IMG/VR virus record: IMGVR_UViG_3300031998_000037
DNA: 64,000 nucleotides
Direction: 5' to 3' (one strand)
Origin: a virus
Taxonomy: Duplodnaviria; Heunggongvirae; Uroviricota; Caudoviricetes
How positions within the stretch are numbered: the first letter of the stretch is position 1; each line of letters begins with the position of its first letter. Positions 49,095 to 57,721 of this stretch are shown piece after piece. A program made the position numbers and the translations under genes. A model generated the notes under the pieces. That model was not told the origin of the DNA. It ran no database searches and saw nothing but the letters and a program-made list of their open reading frames with translations.

Positions 49095-50621
49095 TCACTT
49101 ATAATCTGAATTTGAATTAGGGTTGTCTACAGTGTTTTCAGAAGGTGAGTCCGTTTGTGGTCTGCCTCCCTCGTTACCGACTTCGCCGTTACTAAGCGTA
49201 TTACTACTTATAAGTGGGCGGTTGTATATATCAACGCCGCATTTGAGAATTGTGTTCTCCAGATAGCTTGCCGTATATGCATCTATCGGTTCTTGACCAA
49301 GTGCGGCAGCGTACCATAATTTCGACGGCAGCCCATACATTGCTGATTTCTGTAGTCTGTTTGCAACCTCATCTTTATTGAAACTATATTGTTCAAGAAA
49401 ATAGATTTCAAATAAATAATCATCATGTATCGACATTTCTCTTTGATATTTTACATTAAATACTCTTTCAATTTGACGTAGCAACTTCATCATCATAGTC
49501 GCATCAACTATGAGTGACAATTCAATTACCTTATAAGTAGGATTTGCACCTACGCCAAACAAAAGAGGGGATATACCAACATTATTGAATAAGTCTTTAG
49601 TCGCATCTTCCGTATAGTCTTTTTGAGCGTTAGTTGTATCTTTGAGAGTAATGCCTTGTGCCTTAAATGGATTGACGGCAATTCCAATTCCTTCTGGAAC
49701 TGCGCCAGCTATCTGCGTCCAATACTTTTGAATTTGTTCAAATGAAAGGGCTGGGTTGCCGTCGCTATCAGTCTCAACAGTATAATTGATAAGTTTATAG
49801 TTATCAAGAATAGCACCGTCCTTCTGAATTTCTTCATAAGTCTGAAGGTCTATGATAGCCTTGAAACAACCAGCAAGAGGTGGAATGATAAAGGGATATT
49901 CCTCATCAAACTTTACACAAATTTGTTTCTTAGGAATAAACCACCGCAGCGTTCTATCACCAGTAATACCCTTTTCTTCATCACCTTTATATAATGAATA
50001 TGCTTTTATAAATTCTCTACCATAAGAGGGGAGCAGTGCCTTAGTCTTTTTAGTGTCAAAATAACTAAGATCAAATGCAAATCGCCACACTCCGTTTTCA
50101 ACAGCCGCTAACTTACAGAACTTATGCAATAGAGGTTTTAAAAAGAAGCTGCGCTTATCCTCAATCATAAGACCATAATACACGCCATCTACAAGTGTGC
50201 GCAACATAACTTGTGGGTTAATATCCTTAAACTTAAAACGACTGCATTGTAAAGCATAGTTGATATATTCTTGCTCAAAATCATCTTTATCAATATTCTT
50301 TATATTTGCAATGGGGCGAATAACATAATTGTTAGTTAGGATTGTTGCAAGCATTATAATTGCTCTGCGGTAATGCGGCGAGATAGCAAAATAAAAACGG
50401 CTTACCTCTCGCAATACTTCTTCTGATCTGGGATTTGTAGGATCAGCTAATGCACCAAGAATAATCTTGCGTGGGTATTTTTTAAGGAACACGCACACTT
50501 CATCCATACTTTGTTTCAGATCAAGAAGCACATCTGAACGTAGCTTTGCAAATCTTTTGAGACTATATATCTCTTTTAATTCATCTCTTTCTTCCAAATA
50601 ATTCACCCCTTTCTTAATCAT
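49095..50621 (-). CDS. putative portal protein
   Basis: 508 aa immediately downstream of the large terminase. Confidence 0.45.
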   Translation of the reverse strand: MIKKGVNYLEERDELKEIYSLKRFAKLRSDVLLDLKQSMDEVCVFLKKYPRKIILGALADPTNPRSEEVLREVSRFYFAISPHYRRAIIMLATILTNNYVIRPIANIKNIDKDDFEQEYINYALQCSRFKFKDINPQVMLRTLVDGVYYGLMIEDKRSFFLKPLLHKFCKLAAVENGVWRFAFDLSYFDTKKTKALLPSYGREFIKAYSLYKGDEEKGITGDRTLRWFIPKKQICVKFDEEYPFIIPPLAGCFKAIIDLQTYEEIQKDGAILDNYKLINYTVETDSDGNPALSFEQIQKYWTQIAGAVPEGIGIAVNPFKAQGITLKDTTNAQKDYTEDATKDLFNNVGISPLLFGVGANPTYKVIELSLIVDATMMMKLLRQIERVFNVKYQREMSIHDDYLFEIYFLEQYSFNKDEVANRLQKSAMYGLPSKLWYAAALGQEPIDAYTASYLENTILKCGVDIYNRPLISSNTLSNGEVGNEGGRPQTDSPSENTVDNPNSNSDYK

Positions 50622-52470
50622 AACGTTTGGCTGGTCGAGCCATAAATAGTGTTGTTATATCCTGAACAGGCTGTTGTTTAACAACACTGCCTCTTCTTAA
50701 TTCATATAACCTATGTGCTAAAAGTATCAACACATAAAATCTATCATCGTGCATACGTGTTTCTTTTTCCTTAGATAGAGCATAATTTACAGTTGTCTTT
50801 TCAGCGTTTTGTGTTTTATGAATTGATGTTACTTCTGTTTTCATTAGGTCAATTTGAACTAATGCCATTTTTTCATCATCCGATAGCTCATGGTTTTCCC
50901 ATGTCTCATTACCATCTTTATCAACGCCAGTTATAACCTTTAATGAATCTTGCCCTGAGTATTCATAAGGGAATCTGATTACACCCAAATCCATTAACTC
51001 AATCATTTCTTCAACCATTTGAGTTCTGTATTTCTTTGGGCTAATAACTCTTAATTTATCACAAGCATTAGGGTAACGGTTGACAAAGCTTTGATACAAC
51101 TCATTGGTCTTATCAATAAAGCCTCGATGCTTCTTTCCAAATTTATCTGTATAATCATTCAGCAAGCCGTCAGCATATGTACTTACGCCGCCGCCAGCCG
51201 CACCAGCATCAACATTCAAAACATCTATATATTCATAATCTGGGTTTTGACCGTTATAGCATATTATCAATTTGCGCAGCTCTTCTAATTGCCTATTGGA
51301 GTCCAGCTTGTATTTTTGCTTTGTGAAAGTATCTACCATATTAACGCAATTTATTATATCTCCGCACCATCCAAGCTCTTTATCCTTATATATATTCATA
51401 ACACCCACAATTGAATTATCGTTTGTTCGCGCTGGATCAAACGCCAAAGCTATTCTGCTATTGGGCTGCCATTTAAGTGTAGGCAAATAGAACTTTTCAT
51501 TTCTGCGAATTACGTCCCACTTTATTATCTGACTACTTCCGCCGTCAGCAGTAGGCTGGTTGAAATACTCTCTAAGGGCTTTTTCTTTATTGCTCTTCAA
51601 AGCTGTCTCAACCTTGCTTCTTGTAAGCAGAGGAATATATGGCTCACCATTCATGTATGTCTGAATTGCAACATCGCATATCATATCACATACAAAATAG
51701 TCCCTATCTCCAGCAAGCATTCTCTTAGCATAATATTTGTAATGCTTATAGAATGTCTTATCCATCTGATCTTGCGATGATGCATATACCAGTTGTGTAG
51801 GTACTCTTCTCTTTTCAGTCTCAGGGTTAAAGTCATCTTCGGTAGAAGTTATAAAGTCTGTATTTTGCATAGCAAATGCTTCACAAACACTTATAAGCTC
51901 GTCAGAACAGAATGCGGCTTCATCAAAGAAAACAAGAGTTGCACGGCGGCTTCTTGCGGAGTCTGGTTTACTGTTCAGGGTATGAATTGTACTGCCATTA
52001 TAAAACTCTACTGAATAACCTGCTGGGTTGTGGCTAAAGCCTGTTTTATTCGTTGCAGATTTTGTTGTTTCCTTTTCAACAATATCCTTTAATGAACGAA
52101 TAGAGGCAGCCGTCTTTCCCATGCGTGTAACAATTTCTTCTATCTTTGTAAAGGTTTCCTTAGACTGATCTCCGACAGACGATATGATATATATAGCCTG
52201 ATTTTCATAAAGGACTGCTTTGAGTATCATAAATATTGCGCCCAAAAATGATTTACCAAAGTTACGACTACAGCACCATACACTATGTTGGGCATTCCAT
52301 GTACTTTGCAATATCCATTTCTGCGCATCAATCAAACGAATGCCGAGTAAGTCCTCACACGCAATACAAGGATTTCGCCTATAAAAAGCTATAGACTCAG
52401 CATCTAATTCATATATTCTTTTTTTTATCGGTGTGAGAATGATTTTACGCCTCTTCATCACTATCACCAT
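50614..52470 (-). CDS. terL: terminase large subunit
   Basis: 618 aa; Walker-B-like 'TLVFFDEAAF'; position in front of the portal. Confidence 0.65.
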   Translation of the reverse strand: MVIVMKRRKIILTPIKKRIYELDAESIAFYRRNPCIACEDLLGIRLIDAQKWILQSTWNAQHSVWCCSRNFGKSFLGAIFMILKAVLYENQAIYIISSVGDQSKETFTKIEEIVTRMGKTAASIRSLKDIVEKETTKSATNKTGFSHNPAGYSVEFYNGSTIHTLNSKPDSARSRRATLVFFDEAAFCSDELISVCEAFAMQNTDFITSTEDDFNPETEKRRVPTQLVYASSQDQMDKTFYKHYKYYAKRMLAGDRDYFVCDMICDVAIQTYMNGEPYIPLLTRSKVETALKSNKEKALREYFNQPTADGGSSQIIKWDVIRRNEKFYLPTLKWQPNSRIALAFDPARTNDNSIVGVMNIYKDKELGWCGDIINCVNMVDTFTKQKYKLDSNRQLEELRKLIICYNGQNPDYEYIDVLNVDAGAAGGGVSTYADGLLNDYTDKFGKKHRGFIDKTNELYQSFVNRYPNACDKLRVISPKKYRTQMVEEMIELMDLGVIRFPYEYSGQDSLKVITGVDKDGNETWENHELSDDEKMALVQIDLMKTEVTSIHKTQNAEKTTVNYALSKEKETRMHDDRFYVLILLAHRLYELRRGSVVKQQPVQDITTLFMARPAKRYD

Positions 52471-53572
52471 TCTTTAATTTTTGAATTTCCAAAAGCAGTT
52501 GCCTTTTTTCCTCTTGTAAATCATCTACCTTTTCCTGAAGTTTAGTAACCATTTCTCTTTTTATTCCATCAATTTCACGCAAGTCATTTTCATCAAAGAA
52601 TGTATTTTTCTGTATTGCATTCATTGATACTTCTGCCGCCCATCTTGTGCCAGCAGATTTAAGTTGATCGTAATAATCTGCCTCAGCTCTATCAAAATTC
52701 TTCTCGCGCAGATTTCGCATGAGATAAGTAAGAGTTGATTTGCCAGCATCTTTATTTGACCTGTTCTTTACAGATATCTCATTTTCCTTTGCAATCTTAT
52801 CATTTGACATAACAAGCCTGCTTTTTAATTCATTAAGGGCTTGGATATCTTTGCTATCACTTAAAGGTTTAAGTTGTGCAATCAGCAAGTCATACTGTCT
52901 GATCTGATTATTATTATTTACTATCTGAATTATCTGAGACATCTTATAGTTATCTTCTACGACCTCATCATCATCAAGATACTTAACAAGCTCGCTAAAC
53001 AGATAACGCCTGTCCGACGATTGATAACCTGCAAACGGATCATAGCCTATAACCTCAATTACTGTTTGCATATTATTCTGTTCTTCCTCAGTCCAGTTTG
53101 CCTCAAACATTTCGTCAGTTTCTTGCTTTGACCTCAAAAACTTTTCATTATTAATTGACGACATAATATAGTCAACAAAAGTTTTATTTTTGTTTTGCGA
53201 TAGGTTAAGCCGCTTTATATATTCCCCAAGTCGTATATCCTCACGGCTTTTCTCTTTCATTTGCAGATATGTTTTTTCTGAGAAGAACCAACCCATTTCA
53301 CAACAAGTTACCAATAAAGCAACTTCTTCGTCCTGATATTTCTCTTTCATTCTGCCAAAGAAATCATCACAGCAGCAAGCACATATTGTACTGTAATTTT
53401 CATTTCCATTATATAGTGCATTCTGTGCAACCTTGAAAAACTTGCCTTCAGGATCTTGGACAAGCTTGCCGCAGCAAGAGCACTTATATAATGGCGGCAA
53501 TGTCTCCAAATCTACCTTTGCATATTTAGGCTGCTTTTTTCTTGTTGAAGTTTGTTTTGTACTTCTTGCCAA
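52445..53572 (-). CDS. putative terminase small subunit/DNA-binding protein with zinc ribbon and C-terminal coiled coil
   Basis: position upstream of terL; 'CSCCGK...' motif; larger than a typical TerS. Confidence 0.3.
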   Translation of the reverse strand: MARSTKQTSTRKKQPKYAKVDLETLPPLYKCSCCGKLVQDPEGKFFKVAQNALYNGNENYSTICACCCDDFFGRMKEKYQDEEVALLVTCCEMGWFFSEKTYLQMKEKSREDIRLGEYIKRLNLSQNKNKTFVDYIMSSINNEKFLRSKQETDEMFEANWTEEEQNNMQTVIEVIGYDPFAGYQSSDRRYLFSELVKYLDDDEVVEDNYKMSQIIQIVNNNNQIRQYDLLIAQLKPLSDSKDIQALNELKSRLVMSNDKIAKENEISVKNRSNKDAGKSTLTYLMRNLREKNFDRAEADYYDQLKSAGTRWAAEVSMNAIQKNTFFDENDLREIDGIKREMVTKLQEKVDDLQEEKRQLLLEIQKLKNGDSDEEA

Positions 53573-54534
53573 ACTGAACTCACTCCTTTAACTCGATCAC
53601 GCAATAAATTTAAAAAATCCACAAAAGTTATATTAGGAATATAAGAAAAATCTTTCATTATACGACAATAGATTGTGGTAATTAAATCATCTGAAACATT
53701 TTGAACAAACGGTTCGCAGTAATTCCAGTATTGTTTACATACTTGCAGATAGTCATTTTTGTTCTCAGGGCAATCGTCAAGCACTATATTAAAGTATTGA
53801 TAAATAACCACAAGATTTTGTAATGCACGAAAAGTAATTTTATCACCTGACATATTTCTGGCAAGACATTCTTCTAAATAATACATTATTGCAAGAACGT
53901 ATGTTCGCTTATTTTCGTATAATGATTGATGCGTCACAGACTTAGGATTGTCCCTCCACATTAATGTTGTTATCGGTTCTTCAATTATCTTAGCCCCTAA
54001 ATCAATAAGAATTTGATGGAACTTAACATCTTCATTAATGCGCAATCTTTCATCAAAATATAGGTTGTTGTCCAACAAATATTGACGTTTATAAACTCGA
54101 CCATGACACCATGTAGGTGATTTACTAATCTTTCTAATCGCAATACCATTAGGCTGTCTTATCTCACTTTCAAATCCGCTGACAAGCATATCCGCATCTT
54201 CTAACTTAATTCGATTGTACAATATCTCTAATGCAAGACAATTTGTAAAACAATCATCAGCATCCAAAAACATTATATAATCAGATGTAGAGTTTTTAAT
54301 TCCTGTATTCCTTGAAGCACCGCAGCCACCATTTTTATCTCGCACTATATATTTAATGTGCAGTTCACCAAAACTTGCCGTGTCAATAATAGCATCATAA
54401 TTTATACCATCACAATCATTAACAATTATGACCTCTATCTCGTTAGAAATACTTTGCATTGCGATTGAATGAAGTGACTTTGCAATAGTGTCTTTAGCTT
54501 TATAGCAAGGTATTACAACACTTAATTTATACAT
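53512..54534 (-). CDS. family 2 glycosyltransferase
   Basis: 'LSVVIPCYKA', 'IIVNDCDG', DxD 'FLDADD'. Confidence 0.7.
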   Translation of the reverse strand: MYKLSVVIPCYKAKDTIAKSLHSIAMQSISNEIEVIIVNDCDGINYDAIIDTASFGELHIKYIVRDKNGGCGASRNTGIKNSTSDYIMFLDADDCFTNCLALEILYNRIKLEDADMLVSGFESEIRQPNGIAIRKISKSPTWCHGRVYKRQYLLDNNLYFDERLRINEDVKFHQILIDLGAKIIEEPITTLMWRDNPKSVTHQSLYENKRTYVLAIMYYLEECLARNMSGDKITFRALQNLVVIYQYFNIVLDDCPENKNDYLQVCKQYWNYCEPFVQNVSDDLITTIYCRIMKDFSYIPNITFVDFLNLLRDRVKGVSSVWQEVQNKLQQEKSSLNMQR

Positions 54535-54596
54535 AATATCAATCCTTTAATTCAAAATGGTGCAGCCCTTGTCTCGTGCAACTCAGGCTACATAAT

Positions 54597-54616
54597 GGGG
54601 GAGTGCGACACTCCCC
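54597..54616. other. GC-rich hairpin GGGGAGTG-CGAC-CACTCCCC upstream of the late operon
   Basis: perfect 8-bp stem, seen in sequence. Confidence 0.5.
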
Positions 54617-54693
54617 AGTAGGAGGAAATAAAAAAGTAAATGTGCAGAGTTTAAGGGAAGTTTATTAATTCCATCCCTTAAAATTTTGCGAAA

Positions 54694-54706
54694 GGAACTG
54701 AGTTCC
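54694..54706. promoter_or_regulatory. GGAACTGAGTTCC palindromic motif (reverse-orientation copy) followed by AATTCAAAAAAAA, upstream of the GT2-terminase operon
   Basis: exact reverse complement of the other copies. Confidence 0.6.
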
Positions 54707-54934
54707 AATTCAAAAAAAACGGTGTAGGGGTTCGCACACCGCAAAGCGAAAATTGTATCATTCGCTCATGCCCACGTACTTTGCATACGTTTAGACGTAA
54801 ATCGGGGTTATGAGCTATACAGCAGTTTTATGTCCTCTGCAAGACATGGTGACGATTGCGAGACTTGAACTCAGCATTGCGCCCGTGAAAGGGGCGTGTC
54901 CTACCTTTAGACGAAACCGCCACAATAATGCGCA

Positions 54935-54956
54935 CGTTTGCATTGTCCTGCAAACG
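54935..54956. repeat. inverted repeat CGTTTGCA-N6-TGCAAACG, flanked by direct repeats ATAATGCGCA (54925-54934 and 54959-54968)
   Basis: seen in sequence. Confidence 0.6.
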
Positions 54957-54986
54957 GTATAATGCGCATTGTTGCAAGCCGAAAAT

Positions 54987-55020
54987 CAAAGTATCGTTTG
55001 TGCGCACAAACGATACTTTG
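54987..55020. repeat. 34-bp perfect palindrome CAAAGTATCGTTTGTGC|GCACAAACGATACTTTG
   Basis: seen in sequence; both halves are exact reverse complements. Confidence 0.85.
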
Positions 55021-55284
55021 CAAGAGGTGCTTACAAAGCTCTTTTCATGGTTATTAAAGTAAACCTCAATAACCTTTCAACAATATCTTCCTTGAACTGG
55101 CAAGGACACCAATCTAAATGCTCGTAAAGAGCTGAGTATTAAAGACCTTGCGTGGGACACTTCTACGAGAGGTGTGCAAGGTTCTTCTCAGTGAGCTTTT
55201 TTATTTTTATAAGGACGTGGCTCTACGTCCTTATCTTCTGAGAAAACATAGCTTTTGCAATATAACGTGTTCGATGTTATACTA

Positions 55285-55358
55285 TTGGTTGCAGCTCTTA
55301 GAATCGAACTAAGAACATAAGGGTATGAACCTTATATGATACCATTTCACCAAACTGC
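55285..55358 (-). tRNA. tRNA-Met/fMet-like (anticodon CAT) with a C1-A72 mismatch
   Basis: manual fold: acceptor CGCAGTT/AGCTGCA, D-arm GTGA-AATGGTA-TCAT, anticodon arm TAAGG-TTCATAC-CCTTA, 4-nt variable loop, T-arm CTTAG-TTCGATT-CTAAG, then ACCA. Confidence 0.6.
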
Positions 55359-55416
55359 GGCATGACAGGTTAGTTATAGTCCAACCTTCACGAATGACTT
55401 CTCCCGTCAGGAGGAG

Positions 55417-55492
55417 TGGTGTCAAAAGCAGGGGTTGAACCTGCGACCTTCGCCTTATCAAGACGCTGCTCTGCCAACTGAGCTATTCTGAC
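55417..55492 (-). tRNA. tRNA-Ile (anticodon GAT)
   Basis: manual fold: acceptor GTCAGAA/TTTTGAC, D-arm GCTC-AGTTGGCA-GAGC, anticodon loop TTGATAA, T-arm GCAGG-TTCAACC-CCTGC, then ACCA; 76 nt. Confidence 0.75.
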
Positions 55493-55545
55493 ATCGCCTC
55501 TTTCGAGGCGTTTGCTATTTGTAAAGCGCGGCACATTTCGCGCAT

Positions 55546-55965
55546 TTATTTGCATTCAATCCGAAAAGGGATTTTATTGCCTGAAATATCATAATCCATA
55601 GCAGATATTGCATCATATTCAATATAAAACGCTCCGCTATAATCATACATAGGTTTTTTCATAAAGATCGGAGCTACACATATAATTGCTCCAGTCTCAA
55701 AAACAGTTATCATCATATTGTCATCATTCATCCGAGCAGTGTTTATTTCATCATCAAAGGAATATCCACTCTCAGTATCAAGAGCAAAACTCTCACCGTT
55801 AATCGTTCTTTCAAACAAAGATGAGAGAATACCTTGTGTATCTTGCCAATGACATATAATTGAAGCATAACCGTCTGACATCACTACAAATATAAAGTCT
55901 CTCACAAAATCCTCAAAAGACTTATACTTCCGAATAATATTATTCATCTCCGCCACCGCCAACAA
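55546..55965 (-). CDS. hypothetical protein
   Basis: ORF. Confidence 0.3.
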   Translation of the reverse strand: MLAVAEMNNIIRKYKSFEDFVRDFIFVVMSDGYASIICHWQDTQGILSSLFERTINGESFALDTESGYSFDDEINTARMNDDNMMITVFETGAIICVAPIFMKKPMYDYSGAFYIEYDAISAMDYDISGNKIPFRIECK

Positions 55966-56311
55966 GCTTTATTGTGCTGCCAGCGAACACAAAGCTTTCT
56001 GGATCGCAGTCACCAATAGCATCTTTGTCTATGATATAATAACCGTCACCACAGAATGGCATACCATCACCTTCGATGTTGATTGCTTTTTGACAATAGA
56101 TTTTTTTATCCTCACATATATCAATAAGCCAAGCTTCATCATAGTCATCCAAATCTGGAGGGCTAAGTTCTATACTACGAATTTTAGTATCTGGCAGACT
56201 TATAAACTGTTTAAGTATTTTCTTTGCCTTGTTATAACTGGTAACTATACTAACAGGTTCACCAGTATAAAATTGTTCAAGAGCTAATGCAAAAATATTT
56301 TTAGCCTTCAT
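55940..56311 (-). CDS. hypothetical protein
   Basis: ORF. Confidence 0.3.
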   Translation of the reverse strand: MKAKNIFALALEQFYTGEPVSIVTSYNKAKKILKQFISLPDTKIRSIELSPPDLDDYDEAWLIDICEDKKIYCQKAINIEGDGMPFCGDGYYIIDKDAIGDCDPESFVFAGSTIKLVGGGGDE

Positions 56312-56323
56312 AATTACTCTCCT

Positions 56324-57394
56324 TTAATTCAGAACTATATTATAGAATTGACAAAGTTCATCGTCCTCAGCAATTGCCATGAGCTGAGTGGGCTTACCCT
56401 TTAATCGCTTTTCAATTGTGTAGTCATTTCCGCTGCCACACAGACTTCCACCGCGACATATCTTTACATCATAACAATCATCAACTGCAAAACTATGAAG
56501 ATGTCCCATAAAAATAGCAGTAGGTTTATATCCCTTAGCGAGAACAAGGTTAGATAATCCCGACTTGCTGAAAGAATCATTGTCGCCATGTACAAACCAG
56601 TAACCGCCAATTTCAGCAAATGTAGTGTCATTTGGTTTTACATAAGTGAAGTTAGAATAACCATCTAAATGAGTTGAGACAAACCAACCTATAAGGTTGT
56701 CCATACGCTCATCTTTAATAGCTTCATCTTTCTTATCCATACGAGAATGATTTCCGCAGATATTTGTAAAGGTAACAAAGAAGCCCTTAGTTAAAAATGC
56801 CTTTACAAATCCAAGCATCAGTTCACTTGCAAGCATAATCTGTTGAATAACATTTTCTCTGTTTGTAACAGCTATGCTTCTATGTATGTTCCCACTAACC
56901 AGATCACCTAAGCCAGCTATAATTACATTAGTTACACCCTCTGAATGACATCTTTGAATAGCCTTACTTGCATATTCACTTATGCGATCACGGGCTATTT
57001 CTGAGCTATAGTTTCCCCATTCATTATTAAAGCATTCGCCTATATGCCAGTCAGAACAAGTAATGATTGCAGTCTTTTGGGTATTATTCTTTCGGACTGT
57101 AATCTGTAAATCTGTCGGGTTGTTTTTTTTGATTACCCCTTCAAGATAGTCAAGCTTCTGTTCAACTCTTGCGGTGTTATAATTCTGCTTTTGCCAAGCG
57201 TTACGCTCATCACGGAACTGTATTTTTGCTCTTTCAAGTTCACGCTTCTGCAAGTCAATTTCCTTACAGGCATCAGTGCTTGTAGCAAAGATATCTTTGC
57301 AAGCTGAATACATACGATCAAAATATTGCCAAGTTTTTCTGAAACAGCTTTCAGAATATGATGTGCCAAATCTCTTATTAAGTAAATCCGCCAC
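56324..57394 (-). CDS. calcineurin-like metallophosphoesterase
   Basis: 'IIAGLGDLVSGNIHR', 'GNHSRMD', 'FMGHLHSF' metal-ligand motifs. Confidence 0.6.
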   Translation of the reverse strand: MADLLNKRFGTSYSESCFRKTWQYFDRMYSACKDIFATSTDACKEIDLQKRELERAKIQFRDERNAWQKQNYNTARVEQKLDYLEGVIKKNNPTDLQITVRKNNTQKTAIITCSDWHIGECFNNEWGNYSSEIARDRISEYASKAIQRCHSEGVTNVIIAGLGDLVSGNIHRSIAVTNRENVIQQIMLASELMLGFVKAFLTKGFFVTFTNICGNHSRMDKKDEAIKDERMDNLIGWFVSTHLDGYSNFTYVKPNDTTFAEIGGYWFVHGDNDSFSKSGLSNLVLAKGYKPTAIFMGHLHSFAVDDCYDVKICRGGSLCGSGNDYTIEKRLKGKPTQLMAIAEDDELCQFYNIVLN

Positions 57395-57523
57395 CTCATT
57401 CCAGTCCTTATATAATTCTTTTCTGGAACATACTTCATATATTGTACGTAACTGCTCTGTAGTAAATTTAGCCTTAATAGCCCATTCCTCCCTTTTACTG
57501 AATCTTGATTCACTAAATCATAA

Positions 57524-57712
57524 TTAGGCAAGATCAAGCGATTCAGTTATGCTCATTGAAACTTCAGCACCATCAAACTCAGCCAGCACTTCACCAAGCT
57601 CTCTTGCCTCGTCATCCTCTAATTCAACAAGTATAGCATTATTGCTTTTATCAACATTTAGAATGCCAACAATACTAACGCTACGCTTGTGTTTAATTCC
57701 TAATTTTCCCAT
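57524..57712 (-). CDS. small acidic protein
   Basis: ORF. Confidence 0.3.
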   Translation of the reverse strand: MGKLGIKHKRSVSIVGILNVDKSNNAILVELEDDEARELGEVLAEFDGAEVSMSITESLDLA

Positions 57713-57721
57713 ATTATCTCC

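Noticed and set aside
54841-54922. tRNA-like segment with a TTCAAGT loop and TGG at the 3' end
   Set aside because: The acceptor stem and T stem do not pair (only 3 bp in the T stem), so I do not call a tRNA. It may still be part of a structured ncRNA.
57133-57537. 134-aa ORF overlapping the 5' end of the phosphoesterase gene
   Set aside because: Overlaps a motif-supported CDS on the same strand in another frame; likely spurious.
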